Shown here: one piece after another, positions 1 to 9,133 of the stretch | Layout: every line of letters begins with the position of its first letter | How positions within the stretch are numbered: position 1 is the first letter of the stretch | NCBI GenBank assembly: GCA_041686915.1 | Contig: JAWLDB010000003.1 | Coordinates: 1 to 57,155 of the forward strand | DNA from: Bacillota bacterium | Lineage (GTDB): Bacteria; Bacillota; UBA994; UBA5500 | DNA length: 57,155 bases | Direction: 5' to 3' | The notes under the pieces: model-generated | Database searches by the model: none | Seen by the model: the letters and a program-made list of their open reading frames with translations, nothing else | Told to the model about the DNA's origin: nothing | Position numbers and translations under genes: made by a program

Positions 1-949
1 CTTGATAGTATAGTGCACCCAATGTCCCTTCACCTGAGTTGTCTATTTGCAGCAGTATGGCGTCGTGACCAGAGGCCCGTATTTTTTCAGCAGCCCCCAT
101 GGCCCTGTGGTCGCCTGCATCCAGTACAAACGTAAGCGGGAGTTCGCTTAAGAGCCAGTCGGTCCAAGTGGCTAGAGTAAGATTAGGCTTAACCAATACA
201 GCCAAGCTGCCCTCAAGCTGCGGTTCAGGCTCGGGCGCAGGCAAGCGCCGCCAATCAGCGATACCCATGCTGACTGAATGCGCCAGGGACTTCTGAAACT
301 GTTTGCTTAGCAGAAGACGCAGGTCAATCCAATTGCTCAAGTAACCGGCCTCCAGCAAGATGCCAGGGCCACGGGTATTGCGCAGCACAAAATAATCTGC
401 CCCTACCGCTGCATGTGGACGTACAGTGGCGTCAAAGCTGGACAGGTTCATGTTGTTCAGTCTGTCCTGCACGCTTTCTGCCATCTGTTTGCTGATAGGA
501 GAAACCTTCGCGTAGTAGACGATGGCTCCTCTGGCGCCTGGATACTCGGGACAGGCGTTGCAATGGACACTAATGAACAGGTCCGCGTCGTTTTCATGGA
601 TAATTTCAACCCGGTGAGCTAAGTCTTCCCGGTGACGGCCGGGATAGACTTTATCCTGTTTGCTGAGGGATGTATCAGTCTCGCGAGTCATTATCACCTG
701 GGCCCCCAAACGCTCTAGAGCGTCCCGTAAAGCAAAGCCCAGTTGCAGGTTAACATCCTTCTCCAGATGGCGCCCTCCTGCCCTGGTACCATCATCAATC
801 CCGCCGTGGCCGGGATCAACGGCTATAGTCAAGCCGCGTAAGGGGCGATCGAAATGCGACCATACGGTAATTGCCGCTCCAGGTAGCGCAGATACGGTGA
901 GTACTAGCAGCAGTAGCCAGCCTAATGCACGCAGGTTGTTGTTACGGAT
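1..949 (-). CDS. N-acetylmuramoyl-L-alanine amidase (Amidase_3, CwlD-like), membrane anchored; 3' end lies outside the window
   Basis: Absent from the ORF track (no canonical start, runs off the left edge). My reverse-strand translation reads IRNNNLRALGWLLLLVLTVSALPGAAITVW...GLTIAVDPGHGGIDDGTRAGG...DLFISVHCNACPEYPGARGAIVYY...GILLEAGYLSN, then an extra C-terminal region. GGAGGTG SD at 956-962. Confidence 0.8.
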   Translation of the reverse strand, partial: MRNNNLRALGWLLLLVLTVSALPGAAITVWSHFDRPLRGLTIAVDPGHGGIDDGTRAGGRHLEKDVNLQLGFALRDALERLGAQVIMTRETDTSLSKQDKVYPGRHREDLAHRVEIIHENDADLFISVHCNACPEYPGARGAIVYYAKVSPISKQMAESVQDRLNNMNLSSFDATVRPHAAVGADYFVLRNTRGPGILLEAGYLSNWIDLRLLLSKQFQKSLAHSVSMGIADWRRLPAPEPEPQLEGSLAVLVKPNLTLATWTDWLLSELPLTFVLDAGDHRAMGAAEKIRASGHDAILLQIDNSGEGTLGALYYQ

Positions 950-1110
950 CTATCTCACCTCCACGGGCGTAGTCATTCAATCATATGCCTTCGAGGTCAA
1001 GCCTATGTGGAGTGAAGTAGTAACTGGTAAATCCTGTGGGTTGCATTGCGGGAAGGTTCTGCATATAATTGCAATCAGAAACTGAATAACGCATACCTCA
1101 TCCCCTTTTG

Positions 1111-1298
1111 GATGAGGTAGAGGAGCGAAGCGTGATCAGTAACGTGGTTGAGGCAGGCAAGCCTACGACGCCATGTGAAAGGCACAAATTCGCCGAAACG
1201 TACCCCTTGCCAAAGGGTGGCGTTGGGACGCCGGGTGAAAGCCCGTCGCACTGTCACTTCCTGGTACACCTGCCAGGAAAGTGGAGCACTATCTCATG
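1111..1298 (+). promoter_or_regulatory. Lysine riboswitch (L-box) aptamer
   Basis: Conserved L-box blocks in order: GTAGAGGAGCGAAG, AGTAAC, GTGAAAGG, CGCCGAAAC, CACTGTCAC, AAGTGGAGCACTATCTCA. P1 pairing of TGAGGTAG (1113-1120) with CTATCTCA (1289-1296). Confidence 0.85.
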
Positions 1299-1332
1299 GA
1301 GGGTGGGGAAGGAGGATGACATTTTGCCGTCA

Positions 1333-1360
1333 AGCCAGCCTTTGCTGGCTTTTTTGTTTT
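1333..1360 (+). terminator. Intrinsic terminator (expression platform of the L-box)
   Basis: AGCCAGC-cttt-GCTGGCT followed by TTTTTGTTTT, about 40 nt upstream of the NhaC-family start. Confidence 0.8.
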
Positions 1361-1400
1361 CTGAGATTACCTGAAATCACAGTTTAGGAGGTACATCATT

Positions 1401-2816
1401 ATGCAAAGAACTTTAAGTGGGCGCCAAGCTGGTTTGGTTGCACTTTTAGGTGCTGCGTGGATTTTATACGGTTTGATGGTGCTTAAGGCACCAACATCAA
1501 TAGTACTTACCGTTGCGGCTGCCATGACAGCGGTTGGAGCAGGGTTGTGTGGCATCTCGTGGGAGCGTATTGAGGGCGGAATCTATCAATCGGTTCGGTC
1601 GGTTGTGCCCGCAATTCTGATTTTGTTCGTTGTAGGTATGCTGGTTGGTGTGTGGATGCTCGCCGGCACTGTTCCTACCATGGTCCATTACGGTCTGAGC
1701 TTCCTCCCACCAGGTCTATTCCTTGTAGCCGCTACACTCCTCGCTTGCATCGTTTCGCTTGCGACCGGTACTTCCTGGGGGACTCTCAGTACAGTCGGTA
1801 TTGCTCTCATGGGGATAGGTGGAGGCTTGGGCATTCCACTTCCGGCAGTTGCAGGTGCCATCGTTGTAGGCGGCTTCTTTGGTGACAAACTTTCGCCCCT
1901 GTCCGACACTACCAATCTGGCAGCTGCCGTTACCGATACAGACTTGTTCAGGCATATCAAGCATATGATGTGGACAACAGTTCCAGCACTTTTGATCTCT
2001 TTGATTGTCTTTGGTTGGATGGGTGCCGGTTATGCAGGAAATAGTGCCAACCTAGCCGATATCAGCTTAATGCAGAACACACTGCAATCGCAGTTCAACA
2101 TTTCTCCTTTGCTGTTGCTCCCGCCGGCACTCGTCATCGCTTTGATCATCATGAAGAAGCCGGTGCTTCCTTCACTCTTTGCTGGCGTGGCGGCCGGTGG
2201 GCTGCTGGCAGTTGCAACGCAAGGGGCTTCGCTCGCAGCTGTACTAAGTGCCATGAACAAGGGCTACGCGAGCACGACTGGCGTCGCCTTGGTCGATAGT
2301 TTGCTTAACAGGGGTGGACTGAGCAGTATGCTGGGAACAACAGCCCTTGTCATCGCTGCCAGTGCTTTTGGCGGTGTAATGCGGGGAGCAGGCATGCTGG
2401 AAGCGCTGGTTGCTTTCCTGGGGCGTCGAGTCACACATTCTGGCCAGTTGGTGCTCTCAACGGTTATTGCGAATGTTGGTATCGTACTGCTCACCGGTAG
2501 TTGCTATGTATCCATGTCAGTCTTGGGCCCTGTCTTTGCTCCGCTCTACCGTCACCTGGGGCTGCGTAGCGAGAATCTGTCACGTACCCTGGAAGATACC
2601 GGTACGGTGGTTGTGCCGCTGGTGCCTTGGAGTATTACTGGCTTGTTTGTGGCCGAGACACTAGGAGTACCGGTACTCTCTTACCTCCCATTCGCCATCA
2701 TGTGTTATATGAGCGGTATCATCGCTCTCGTTTATGCCTTTACCGGAATAGGCATTTCCCGCCTGTCTAACGAAGAAGCTGCAGCATCTCCTGCGTTGGC
2801 TGTAGTCGCAGACTAG
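1401..2816 (+). CDS. NhaC-family Na+/H+ antiporter-type transporter (possible lysine-related transporter)
   Basis: 471-aa polytopic membrane ORF. AGGAGG SD 8 nt upstream of the ATG. Resembles the NhaC family by eye. Directly downstream of the L-box. Confidence 0.8.
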   Translation: MQRTLSGRQAGLVALLGAAWILYGLMVLKAPTSIVLTVAAAMTAVGAGLCGISWERIEGGIYQSVRSVVPAILILFVVGMLVGVWMLAGTVPTMVHYGLSFLPPGLFLVAATLLACIVSLATGTSWGTLSTVGIALMGIGGGLGIPLPAVAGAIVVGGFFGDKLSPLSDTTNLAAAVTDTDLFRHIKHMMWTTVPALLISLIVFGWMGAGYAGNSANLADISLMQNTLQSQFNISPLLLLPPALVIALIIMKKPVLPSLFAGVAAGGLLAVATQGASLAAVLSAMNKGYASTTGVALVDSLLNRGGLSSMLGTTALVIAASAFGGVMRGAGMLEALVAFLGRRVTHSGQLVLSTVIANVGIVLLTGSCYVSMSVLGPVFAPLYRHLGLRSENLSRTLEDTGTVVVPLVPWSITGLFVAETLGVPVLSYLPFAIMCYMSGIIALVYAFTGIGISRLSNEEAAASPALAVVAD

Positions 2817-2999
2817 TTCAAAACGACGTCGTCGCAATGTCAAGAGCTAACCCTGGTAAACCCCATCCGAGATAAAAAATTGTGAGCCTGCACATAAATT
2901 GGTACTGGTTGATGAAAACTAGAAGACCCCCCTTATTTTTTATAACATGCTAACCGACCTTAGCGGGAAGCATAACTAGTGAAAGGGGGAATTCACAAA

Positions 3000-3233
3000 A
3001 TGGCTAAGGGTAGTGATACCAGTAACAAACAGTTGGTGCCGCAGGCTCACAAGGCTCTAGACGACATGAAGTATGAAATTGCAGCAGAATTGGGTTTGCC
3101 GGTTTACCAGGGGTCTGAGGACTACTGGGGCAACTTGACTTCCCGCGACTGTGGTGCGGTCGGCGGTAAGATGGTCAAACGAATGATTGAAATGGCTGAG
3201 CAGGCTTTGGCCAACAGTACACAGCAGTCGTAA
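3000..3233 (+). CDS. Small acid-soluble spore protein, alpha/beta type
   Basis: MAKGSDTSNKQLVPQA...KYEIAAELGL...RDCGAVGGKMVKRMIEMAE matches the two conserved SASP blocks. AAAGGGGGA SD ahead of ATG 3000, so the track start at 2979 is probably too long. Confidence 0.9.
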   Translation: MAKGSDTSNKQLVPQAHKALDDMKYEIAAELGLPVYQGSEDYWGNLTSRDCGAVGGKMVKRMIEMAEQALANSTQQS

Positions 3234-3243
3234 CAACCGACAA

Positions 3244-3267
3244 AGAGGGCTTCGTGCCCTCTTTTTA
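3244..3267 (+). terminator. Intrinsic terminator after the SASP gene
   Basis: AGAGGGC-ttcgt-GCCCTCT followed by TTTTT. Confidence 0.8.
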
Positions 3268-3303
3268 TTTATGACCTGTTAAGTCGTGTTTTATATGCAA
3301 AAA

Positions 3304-3335
3304 CAAAAAAGCAGCGGCTCCAGTCGCTGCTTTTT
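3304..3335. terminator. Bidirectional terminator hairpin
   Basis: A-run, GCAGCG-gctccagt-CGCTGC, T-run. Sits between convergent genes. Confidence 0.7.
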
Positions 3336-3342
3336 GCGTTGA

Positions 3343-4269
3343 TCACTGTCCTGTCACTGCTGCTTCTTTCGATACTGAGAGATCTTCCATGCGCGGCATG
3401 TAGTTCATCTCATCAAGAATTTTGTTGTATTCGTCCCGGGTAAGCGCGCGTCCCTTACCTGATAAGGCGACTAAAACAGCTTCCAACGCGTTAGTAGCGT
3501 AAGACCTTCCGCCAATCTCTGGAGAGCCGGTAACTAACATCCGCGCATTGCGTTCACGCAGCAGCTCGACGTCCGCTGAAGTAACAGTGTTAGTCACGAT
3601 AATTTTGCCATCAAGGCGTTCTGGCATGTAGCGGCGGATATAATGGAAGTCGCCGCAAACAATTTTGGCCCAATCGTAATAACTGCCATAGCGCGGTGTA
3701 ATTTTTTCCTGTTCTTTGCCGACCGGGTACAACCATTCAAACGGAATGAACTTTAGTATTGGTCCAATTGCCCTGCCGTAAAGCCAGACCGTTTTGAGAT
3801 TGCGAATGGGTAGAGGCAGGTTCAGGCCGAACATGAAGTCGCCATAAACCACATCGGCCCCTAGTTCATCCAGCGTCTCCGCCATACCGAAACGGTCTAT
3901 TGCTGACATCAAAAGGGTAGGAGTACTCTTGATAGGAATATTGTTTTGCTCCATAATATGAAAGGTGCGTCGTTCTATAGTATCCTTTAAACCACTACCG
4001 TCGACTAAAGGAGTTTGCTTCACGGCTGCCGCCACCCGGTCTGAACCGCGCAGAGTATACGCCCTGCCAGCCGTATGAACATGCAGTTTGATGCCACCGA
4101 CTCCAATCGCATCTACATTTCCGTCAAGATCTCGCATTGTCTGTAAGAGTCTGTCCCAGTCGCCGTCCGTACCGATACGCTCCATGCGTATCTTCTGACC
4201 GAGGAACTCCGTCTCAGCCGCGCTGTTGCGTGTGGAGGAACCCAAGCTCACACTTACAACTCTTAACAC
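3343..4269 (-). CDS. Conserved protein of unknown function (family often auto-annotated quinate 5-dehydrogenase-like)
   Basis: Long ORF. GTG at 4269 lies 8 nt after AGGAGG; the track start at 4278 overlaps the SD. The family assignment is from memory only. Confidence 0.7.
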   Translation of the reverse strand: MLRVVSVSLGSSTRNSAAETEFLGQKIRMERIGTDGDWDRLLQTMRDLDGNVDAIGVGGIKLHVHTAGRAYTLRGSDRVAAAVKQTPLVDGSGLKDTIERRTFHIMEQNNIPIKSTPTLLMSAIDRFGMAETLDELGADVVYGDFMFGLNLPLPIRNLKTVWLYGRAIGPILKFIPFEWLYPVGKEQEKITPRYGSYYDWAKIVCGDFHYIRRYMPERLDGKIIVTNTVTSADVELLRERNARMLVTGSPEIGGRSYATNALEAVLVALSGKGRALTRDEYNKILDEMNYMPRMEDLSVSKEAAVTGQ

Positions 4270-4407
4270 GGGAAACACCTCCTTCTGTGCACAATTACGT
4301 GTCCATACTTAATTTTATTCTAGCGCGCTAAATTTTGCCTGTCAAACATATGGCGTCAGTTTTCACGGTTTAGATCTGAAGATATAAGTCTGGAGAGGGA
4401 TGATAAA

Positions 4408-4908
4408 TTGTTATGTTCAGCTTTGCGGCTGCGCGAGTTGGTGCAAGAGGATCTAGGCCTCTTGGCTCGTCTAACTGATGATCCGGAAGTAGCACTGTTT
4501 GACGGAGAGAGTGTTCACGGAAACTGGCACCAGGCCGGTGTCGCTAGGCAGGTGCTGGTGGTCGAGCTAGTAGGAGACTCCGATGAGCTGGCAATTGGAA
4601 CGGTGATCTGCCGGGAACTTGCGGCTCTGCCACGCGTATTCTCCTTGGGAATATGCCTGGATGCTCCCTTTAGGGGGCAGGGGTTGGGAAAGCAAATCAT
4701 GCGCAGGGTGTTGCATTGGCTGTTCACCGAACAGCAAGCTGACAGGGTTGAACTAGTGGTGAGGGACTATAACGTCCGTGCCATTCGTTGTTACCAGGCA
4801 GTTGGCTTCCGTCATGAGGGCCTGCGCAGGAATTGCGGTTTGGCCAATGGCATAGTGTATGGGGAGATATTAATGGGTATTTTGCGTAACGAGTATTTGG
4901 GAGGCTAG
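4408..4908 (+). CDS. GNAT family N-acetyltransferase
   Basis: FRGQGLGKQIMRRVLHWLF... acetyl-CoA-binding Q/RxxGxG motif. TTG start with GGAGAGGG SD. Confidence 0.8.
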   Translation: MLCSALRLRELVQEDLGLLARLTDDPEVALFDGESVHGNWHQAGVARQVLVVELVGDSDELAIGTVICRELAALPRVFSLGICLDAPFRGQGLGKQIMRRVLHWLFTEQQADRVELVVRDYNVRAIRCYQAVGFRHEGLRRNCGLANGIVYGEILMGILRNEYLGG

Positions 4909-4919
4909 GAGGGATCGGA

Positions 4920-5339
4920 TTGATAAAACGTTTAATTGCGCCTGTTATTGCATTGCTGCTGTTAGCTGGGCTAGCCTTTGGCTGGTATTGGACTAACAAC
5001 AACCTCCTCGCTGTGGTCGACAAGCAGTTCCTGCTTGTGCCCCGCCAGGAGCAGGTCATTGGAGAGGATGACAGCTTTTTTGACTCAAACATCCTGCTCT
5101 CGGTAGAGCGAGAGGGAAGTAAGATCACCCGCTTGGTCTATGCTTCCGTCAACCCGGATGTTGAGGTGCTGTTAACGACCACTCAGGGTTCGCCCTTCAG
5201 TAGAAGCACTGCCTGGATGCTGCAGGGCACGGGATCACAGACCATAACTGCAGTGGATTTGCCGGAACAAGCAGTATTGGCTGTTTACAAGCAGGGCGGA
5301 AGCCGGCCGGAGCCGCTCTACCTCATCCGGTTAAAATAG
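4920..5339 (+). CDS. Membrane-anchored hypothetical protein
   Basis: N-terminal hydrophobic helix IAPVIALLLLAGLAFGWYW. TTG start after AGGAGGG. Tightly packed between two GNAT genes. Confidence 0.6.
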   Translation: MIKRLIAPVIALLLLAGLAFGWYWTNNNLLAVVDKQFLLVPRQEQVIGEDDSFFDSNILLSVEREGSKITRLVYASVNPDVEVLLTTTQGSPFSRSTAWMLQGTGSQTITAVDLPEQAVLAVYKQGGSRPEPLYLIRLK

Positions 5340-5340
5340 C

Positions 5341-6639
5341 ATGTCTGTAACAGTAAATAGTGCAGAACGCGCACCTTTGTCTCTGCTGACGCTCCTCTGG
5401 AACGAAGGTTTTAGTGATTACTACGTCCCCATGCAATTAAGGCCTGATCGCTTTGGTGCCCTGATTGAGCGGGAGAGCATTTCCTTGGCGGATTCGTTTG
5501 TGGCTCTGGATGAAGGTGAACCGGTGGGCTTTGTGTTGACCGGTCTTCGCTTCCAAGCTGGGAGGGTGGTTGGATTCGACGGCGGCACTGCAATCTTGCC
5601 TTCTGCTCGTGGCAAGGGCATTGGCAAACTGCTAATGCAGCGGTTTGTGGATCACCTGCAAACAGTCGGTGTAGAACTCGCAGTTTTGACAGTGGTCTCC
5701 AAGAATCAGAATGCGATTGGGCTTTACAAGCGGCTGGGCTTCAGTTCTATACGTGAGTTGGTCTGCATGCGCTCTATCATGGTAGATCCGCTCGTTCGGT
5801 CAGGCGTTCCGGGGCTGCTGATCAGGAAGGTACTCCCAATAGAGGTCGGTCATCTGGCCACAGACTGTTACTTGCGCCGGCCGGAATGGCAGAATGACGA
5901 GAGTAGCTACAAACTGCAGCATGCCAGTGCATTGGTAGCAGAGTTAGGTGGAAGAACAGTGGGATATGCCATTTATCAGGAGGCCCAGCCTGTCCTGCTA
6001 CATCAACTGGGTGTACTACCAGAGTACCGCAAACGTGGTATTGGCAGCCATCTCCTGCAAGCAGTACTCAGGGAGTCTGAGACAGCTAAAGTTAGCTATC
6101 TGAATCACCCCAGAGAAGAGATAGCCGGAACCAAGTTTCTGCATCATAGAGGCTTTGAGCCCTTTCTGGAACAAGTGGAAATGCATAGAGAGTTAGAGCC
6201 CAAGTGGCGTCCACGCCAGGCGGATCAGCGGGATGTCAGCCTCATCAAACAGGCATTGCAGGCTGCTCATTTGCCGATTGCAGGGGTGGACGAGTACTAC
6301 CCTAACTTCTGGATATTGGAGGATGGCGAAGAATCATTGCAAGGAACAGTAGGGGCAGAGGTGCATGGCGAAGCTGCACTGCTGCGCTCGCTAACAGTGC
6401 GGGAGGATGTGCGTGGTCAGGGCCTTGGCAAACGCCTGGCATCACACGCCGAGCGATATCTCTACAGCCAGGGAGTGCGTGATGTCTACATCGTCACTAC
6501 TACAGCAGACGCAATGTTTAGCCGCCTCGGGTATATGCGCGTCACGCGGTCCGATGTGCCGGCCGAAGTGTTCACGTCCAGCCAGTTTCAGGGCGCTTGC
6601 CCGTTAACTGCAGTCGTGATGCACAAACCGTTGGTATAG
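5341..6639 (+). CDS. Multi-domain GNAT acetyltransferase (three GNAT-like modules)
   Basis: Three separate acetyl-CoA-loop-like motifs: ARGKGIGKLLMQ, YRKRGIGSHLLQ and VRGQGLGKRLAS, spaced about 140 aa apart. Confidence 0.75.
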   Translation: MSVTVNSAERAPLSLLTLLWNEGFSDYYVPMQLRPDRFGALIERESISLADSFVALDEGEPVGFVLTGLRFQAGRVVGFDGGTAILPSARGKGIGKLLMQRFVDHLQTVGVELAVLTVVSKNQNAIGLYKRLGFSSIRELVCMRSIMVDPLVRSGVPGLLIRKVLPIEVGHLATDCYLRRPEWQNDESSYKLQHASALVAELGGRTVGYAIYQEAQPVLLHQLGVLPEYRKRGIGSHLLQAVLRESETAKVSYLNHPREEIAGTKFLHHRGFEPFLEQVEMHRELEPKWRPRQADQRDVSLIKQALQAAHLPIAGVDEYYPNFWILEDGEESLQGTVGAEVHGEAALLRSLTVREDVRGQGLGKRLASHAERYLYSQGVRDVYIVTTTADAMFSRLGYMRVTRSDVPAEVFTSSQFQGACPLTAVVMHKPLV

Positions 6640-6656
6640 CGTAATAAGATACCGAA

Positions 6657-6686
6657 ATAAAAAAGCAGCCAGGCGGCTGCTTTTTT
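6657..6686. terminator. Bidirectional terminator hairpin
   Basis: A-run, GCAGCC-aggc-GGCTGC, TTTTTT. Between convergent genes. Confidence 0.8.
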
Positions 6687-6701
6687 GCACGTTGTGTTGT
6701 T

Positions 6702-7199
6702 TTACTGGTCTTGAGCCCCAGGATGGTTGGCTTTGGCTCTTTCGACTGCCTGCAAGGCTTCTTCCCGGCCCGCCCAGCCCCTCACGGCCACAGCTTTGCC
6801 TTCCAATTGTTTGTACTGGGAGAAGAAATGCTCGAACTCCTTCTTCAGGTGTGAGCCCATATCGCTGATTTCCTTCATATCGGCAAACCGAGGGTCATTC
6901 AGCGGAACAGCGATGATTTTCTCGTCGTTACCCTTCTCGTCAGACATCAAGAACATGCCAATCACCCGGCAGCGGATTACGCAGCCTGGAAAGGTGGGGT
7001 TGGCCATCAGCACCATGATATCCAACGGATCTCCGTCATCGGCTAAGGTATCCGGGACAAACCCATAATCTGCCGGATAAAACATGGGGGAGAACAGTGG
7101 GCGGTCAAGCACGAAAACCTTGCGTTCTTTATCATACTCATACTTGTTACTGCTCCCTTTGGGTATTTCCACGAACGCCTCTACATAGCCAGTGTTCAT
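6702..7199 (-). CDS. ppa: Inorganic pyrophosphatase, family I
   Basis: EIPKGSSNKYEYDKE and DGDPLD signature blocks. ATG at 7199 lies 8 nt after AAGGTGG. Confidence 0.9.
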   Translation of the reverse strand: MNTGYVEAFVEIPKGSSNKYEYDKERKVFVLDRPLFSPMFYPADYGFVPDTLADDGDPLDIMVLMANPTFPGCVIRCRVIGMFLMSDEKGNDEKIIAVPLNDPRFADMKEISDMGSHLKKEFEHFFSQYKQLEGKAVAVRGWAGREEALQAVERAKANHPGAQDQ

Positions 7200-7220
7200 C
7201 ACTGTTACCACCTTTCAGGC

Positions 7221-7640
7221 TTAGGATAGCTGGCTGGCGATGTCCCTGAGCTTAAGCTCTGCTTCGTCTGTGATGGGGGCAAGCTCCAGGTTGTGTGGCT
7301 TTGGCTTTCCTTGCTCATCCACAAAGACGAAGGTGATGAAGCCATCAGCCAGCACGTCATTGTTATTATTCCTGGTAGTGCGGCCATAAATAACAAAGCT
7401 CGTGCGTCCTGCCTTGACCAGTTTTGTTTCGATAGTGACTATATCACCTTTATCAGCGGGAGTGTTAAAGCGCAGGCCATGCATCTTCAGGCAGACGATA
7501 GACTCTGGATGTTCTGTCATTTTGGCTCCACAAATAAAACATGCTTCCACGAACCATTCAGCCATCCGGCCGGCGAAGAGTGTACCATGGTGATTGAGGT
7601 CTTCAGCTTTAACGAGATGGGCAACCTGTGCACGATTCAT
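7221..7640 (-). CDS. Acyl-CoA thioesterase (hotdog fold)
   Basis: LNHHGTLFAGRMAEW...GDIVTIETKLVKAGRTS pattern. ATG at 7640 has a GGGAGG SD 9 nt upstream; the track start at 7667 has none. Confidence 0.75.
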   Translation of the reverse strand: MNRAQVAHLVKAEDLNHHGTLFAGRMAEWFVEACFICGAKMTEHPESIVCLKMHGLRFNTPADKGDIVTIETKLVKAGRTSFVIYGRTTRNNNNDVLADGFITFVFVDEQGKPKPHNLELAPITDEAELKLRDIASQLS

Positions 7641-7827
7641 CGATTTTGGCCTCCCTGTAGTAAGCATATTGTATACAGTATACTATGTTTGATATCTTTC
7701 CACTAGTGGCTATGACTACTTTGTCACCATTCGGCTAAGTCTTGGCAGTCAACCTTAGTCTAAGCATGGTCCTTCGCCTACGGAAATGTTATTATGGATA
7801 TAGAGAGAATTATATGGGAGGAAGATA

Positions 7828-9033
7828 ATGTTACCTCAGTGGAAGAAGAACCTTTATGTATTATGGTTTGGGACTTTCATCGCCGGCATGAGCTTTTCTC
7901 TAGTCAGCCCATTCATGCCTACTCTGCTCAAACAAGTGGGGGTGGGGGAAGGGTTAAAGTTCTGGTCCGGCGTTGCCTTTTCTTTGAGCTTTCTGGTCAG
8001 TGCCATTATGGCCCCAATCTGGGGTTCACTGGCTGACCGGTATGGGCGCAAGGTGATGATTCTGCGCTCCGGTTTTGGCATGGCTATTGTGTATGTAATT
8101 ATGGCGTTTTCAACTGAGCTCTGGCACATTCTTGCCCTGCGCTTGATCAACGGACTATTGAGTGGTTTCATTCCGGCTTCCACAGCCCTGGTAGCCTGTA
8201 ATACGCCGGATGATGAGCTTGGGGGATCGCTTGGGTTGTTGCAGACGGGCAGTGCCGTGGGTAACATCATGGGACCACTGATAGGTGGAGTGATGAGTTA
8301 TTTTTTAGGCATCCAACAAACTCTGCTGCTGGCGGGCGTGGTACTGATAACTGGTACCTCTGTGGTCGTATTAGGCGTTAAGGAGACGACACTGCCGGAT
8401 CCCAGCTTAAGGACAGATTTGGTTGCTGATGTGCGCCGAGCTACCGGCAACCGTATGTTGGTAATCATGTTGTTCACTGTGATGTTGTTCCAGGCATCAG
8501 TGATGATCTTGCAGCCAATTTTGCCTCTATACATTGAGCATTTTACCGGTGAAGGAAATGCATCCCTGGCCACCGGTATCATCTTCTCTCTGGTTGGTAT
8601 CGCCACGGTGCTCGCAGCTCCCCGGTGGGGTAAGTGGGGCGAAAAGGTTGGCTTCGGGAAGGTCCTGGTGATTGGCCTGGTAGGTGCAGGTTTGCTTAGC
8701 CTACCTCATGCCTTTGCCGGCAACCTATGGGTGCTGGGAACGTTGCGTTTCTGTTTTGGGCTATTCCTTGCAGCTCTAATGCCTGCCAGTAACGCCATTA
8801 TTGCCAGATCCGTCAGTCTGGACTTCAGAGGGAGAGCTTTTGGCTTTAGTGCCAGTACGGCTCAGCTAGGCCTGTTTGTGGGACCGCTGATGGGCGGATT
8901 CATTGGCGAGAACTGGGGCATGCCAGTCGTCTTCGTGATAACTTCCGCAATGTTGCTGCTGAGCGCTTTGTGGGTGAGAAGCCAAAGCGTTGACCGAAGT
9001 GATCGGTTGGGGGCAGGAGTCGCAGCCGACTAG
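7828..9033 (+). CDS. MFS transporter (DHA1-type efflux-like)
   Basis: 401 aa, roughly 12 hydrophobic segments, GSLADRYGRK motif A-like loop, GGGAGG SD. Confidence 0.85.
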   Translation: MLPQWKKNLYVLWFGTFIAGMSFSLVSPFMPTLLKQVGVGEGLKFWSGVAFSLSFLVSAIMAPIWGSLADRYGRKVMILRSGFGMAIVYVIMAFSTELWHILALRLINGLLSGFIPASTALVACNTPDDELGGSLGLLQTGSAVGNIMGPLIGGVMSYFLGIQQTLLLAGVVLITGTSVVVLGVKETTLPDPSLRTDLVADVRRATGNRMLVIMLFTVMLFQASVMILQPILPLYIEHFTGEGNASLATGIIFSLVGIATVLAAPRWGKWGEKVGFGKVLVIGLVGAGLLSLPHAFAGNLWVLGTLRFCFGLFLAALMPASNAIIARSVSLDFRGRAFGFSASTAQLGLFVGPLMGGFIGENWGMPVVFVITSAMLLLSALWVRSQSVDRSDRLGAGVAAD

Positions 9034-9133
9034 TAGGTGCTTGTAAAGAACCTGTTCGACGGATACTTTGCCTTGCCCTACAACATGCAAGTTTGGTTCA
9101 CTGAGGATAAGAGCAAACGAGGGGGCGATCAGC

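Noticed and set aside
660-1085. 141-aa + strand ORF
   Set aside because: It lies antisense to the well-supported amidase frame. It has no SD, a biased Ser/Arg/Pro-rich composition and no recognisable motif.
2920-2955. Sigma-G-type forespore promoter upstream of the SASP gene
   Set aside because: CATGCTA (2946-2952) fits the -10 consensus CATxHTA. However, no acceptable GHATR -35 lies 17-18 nt upstream, so the evidence is too weak to report as a feature.
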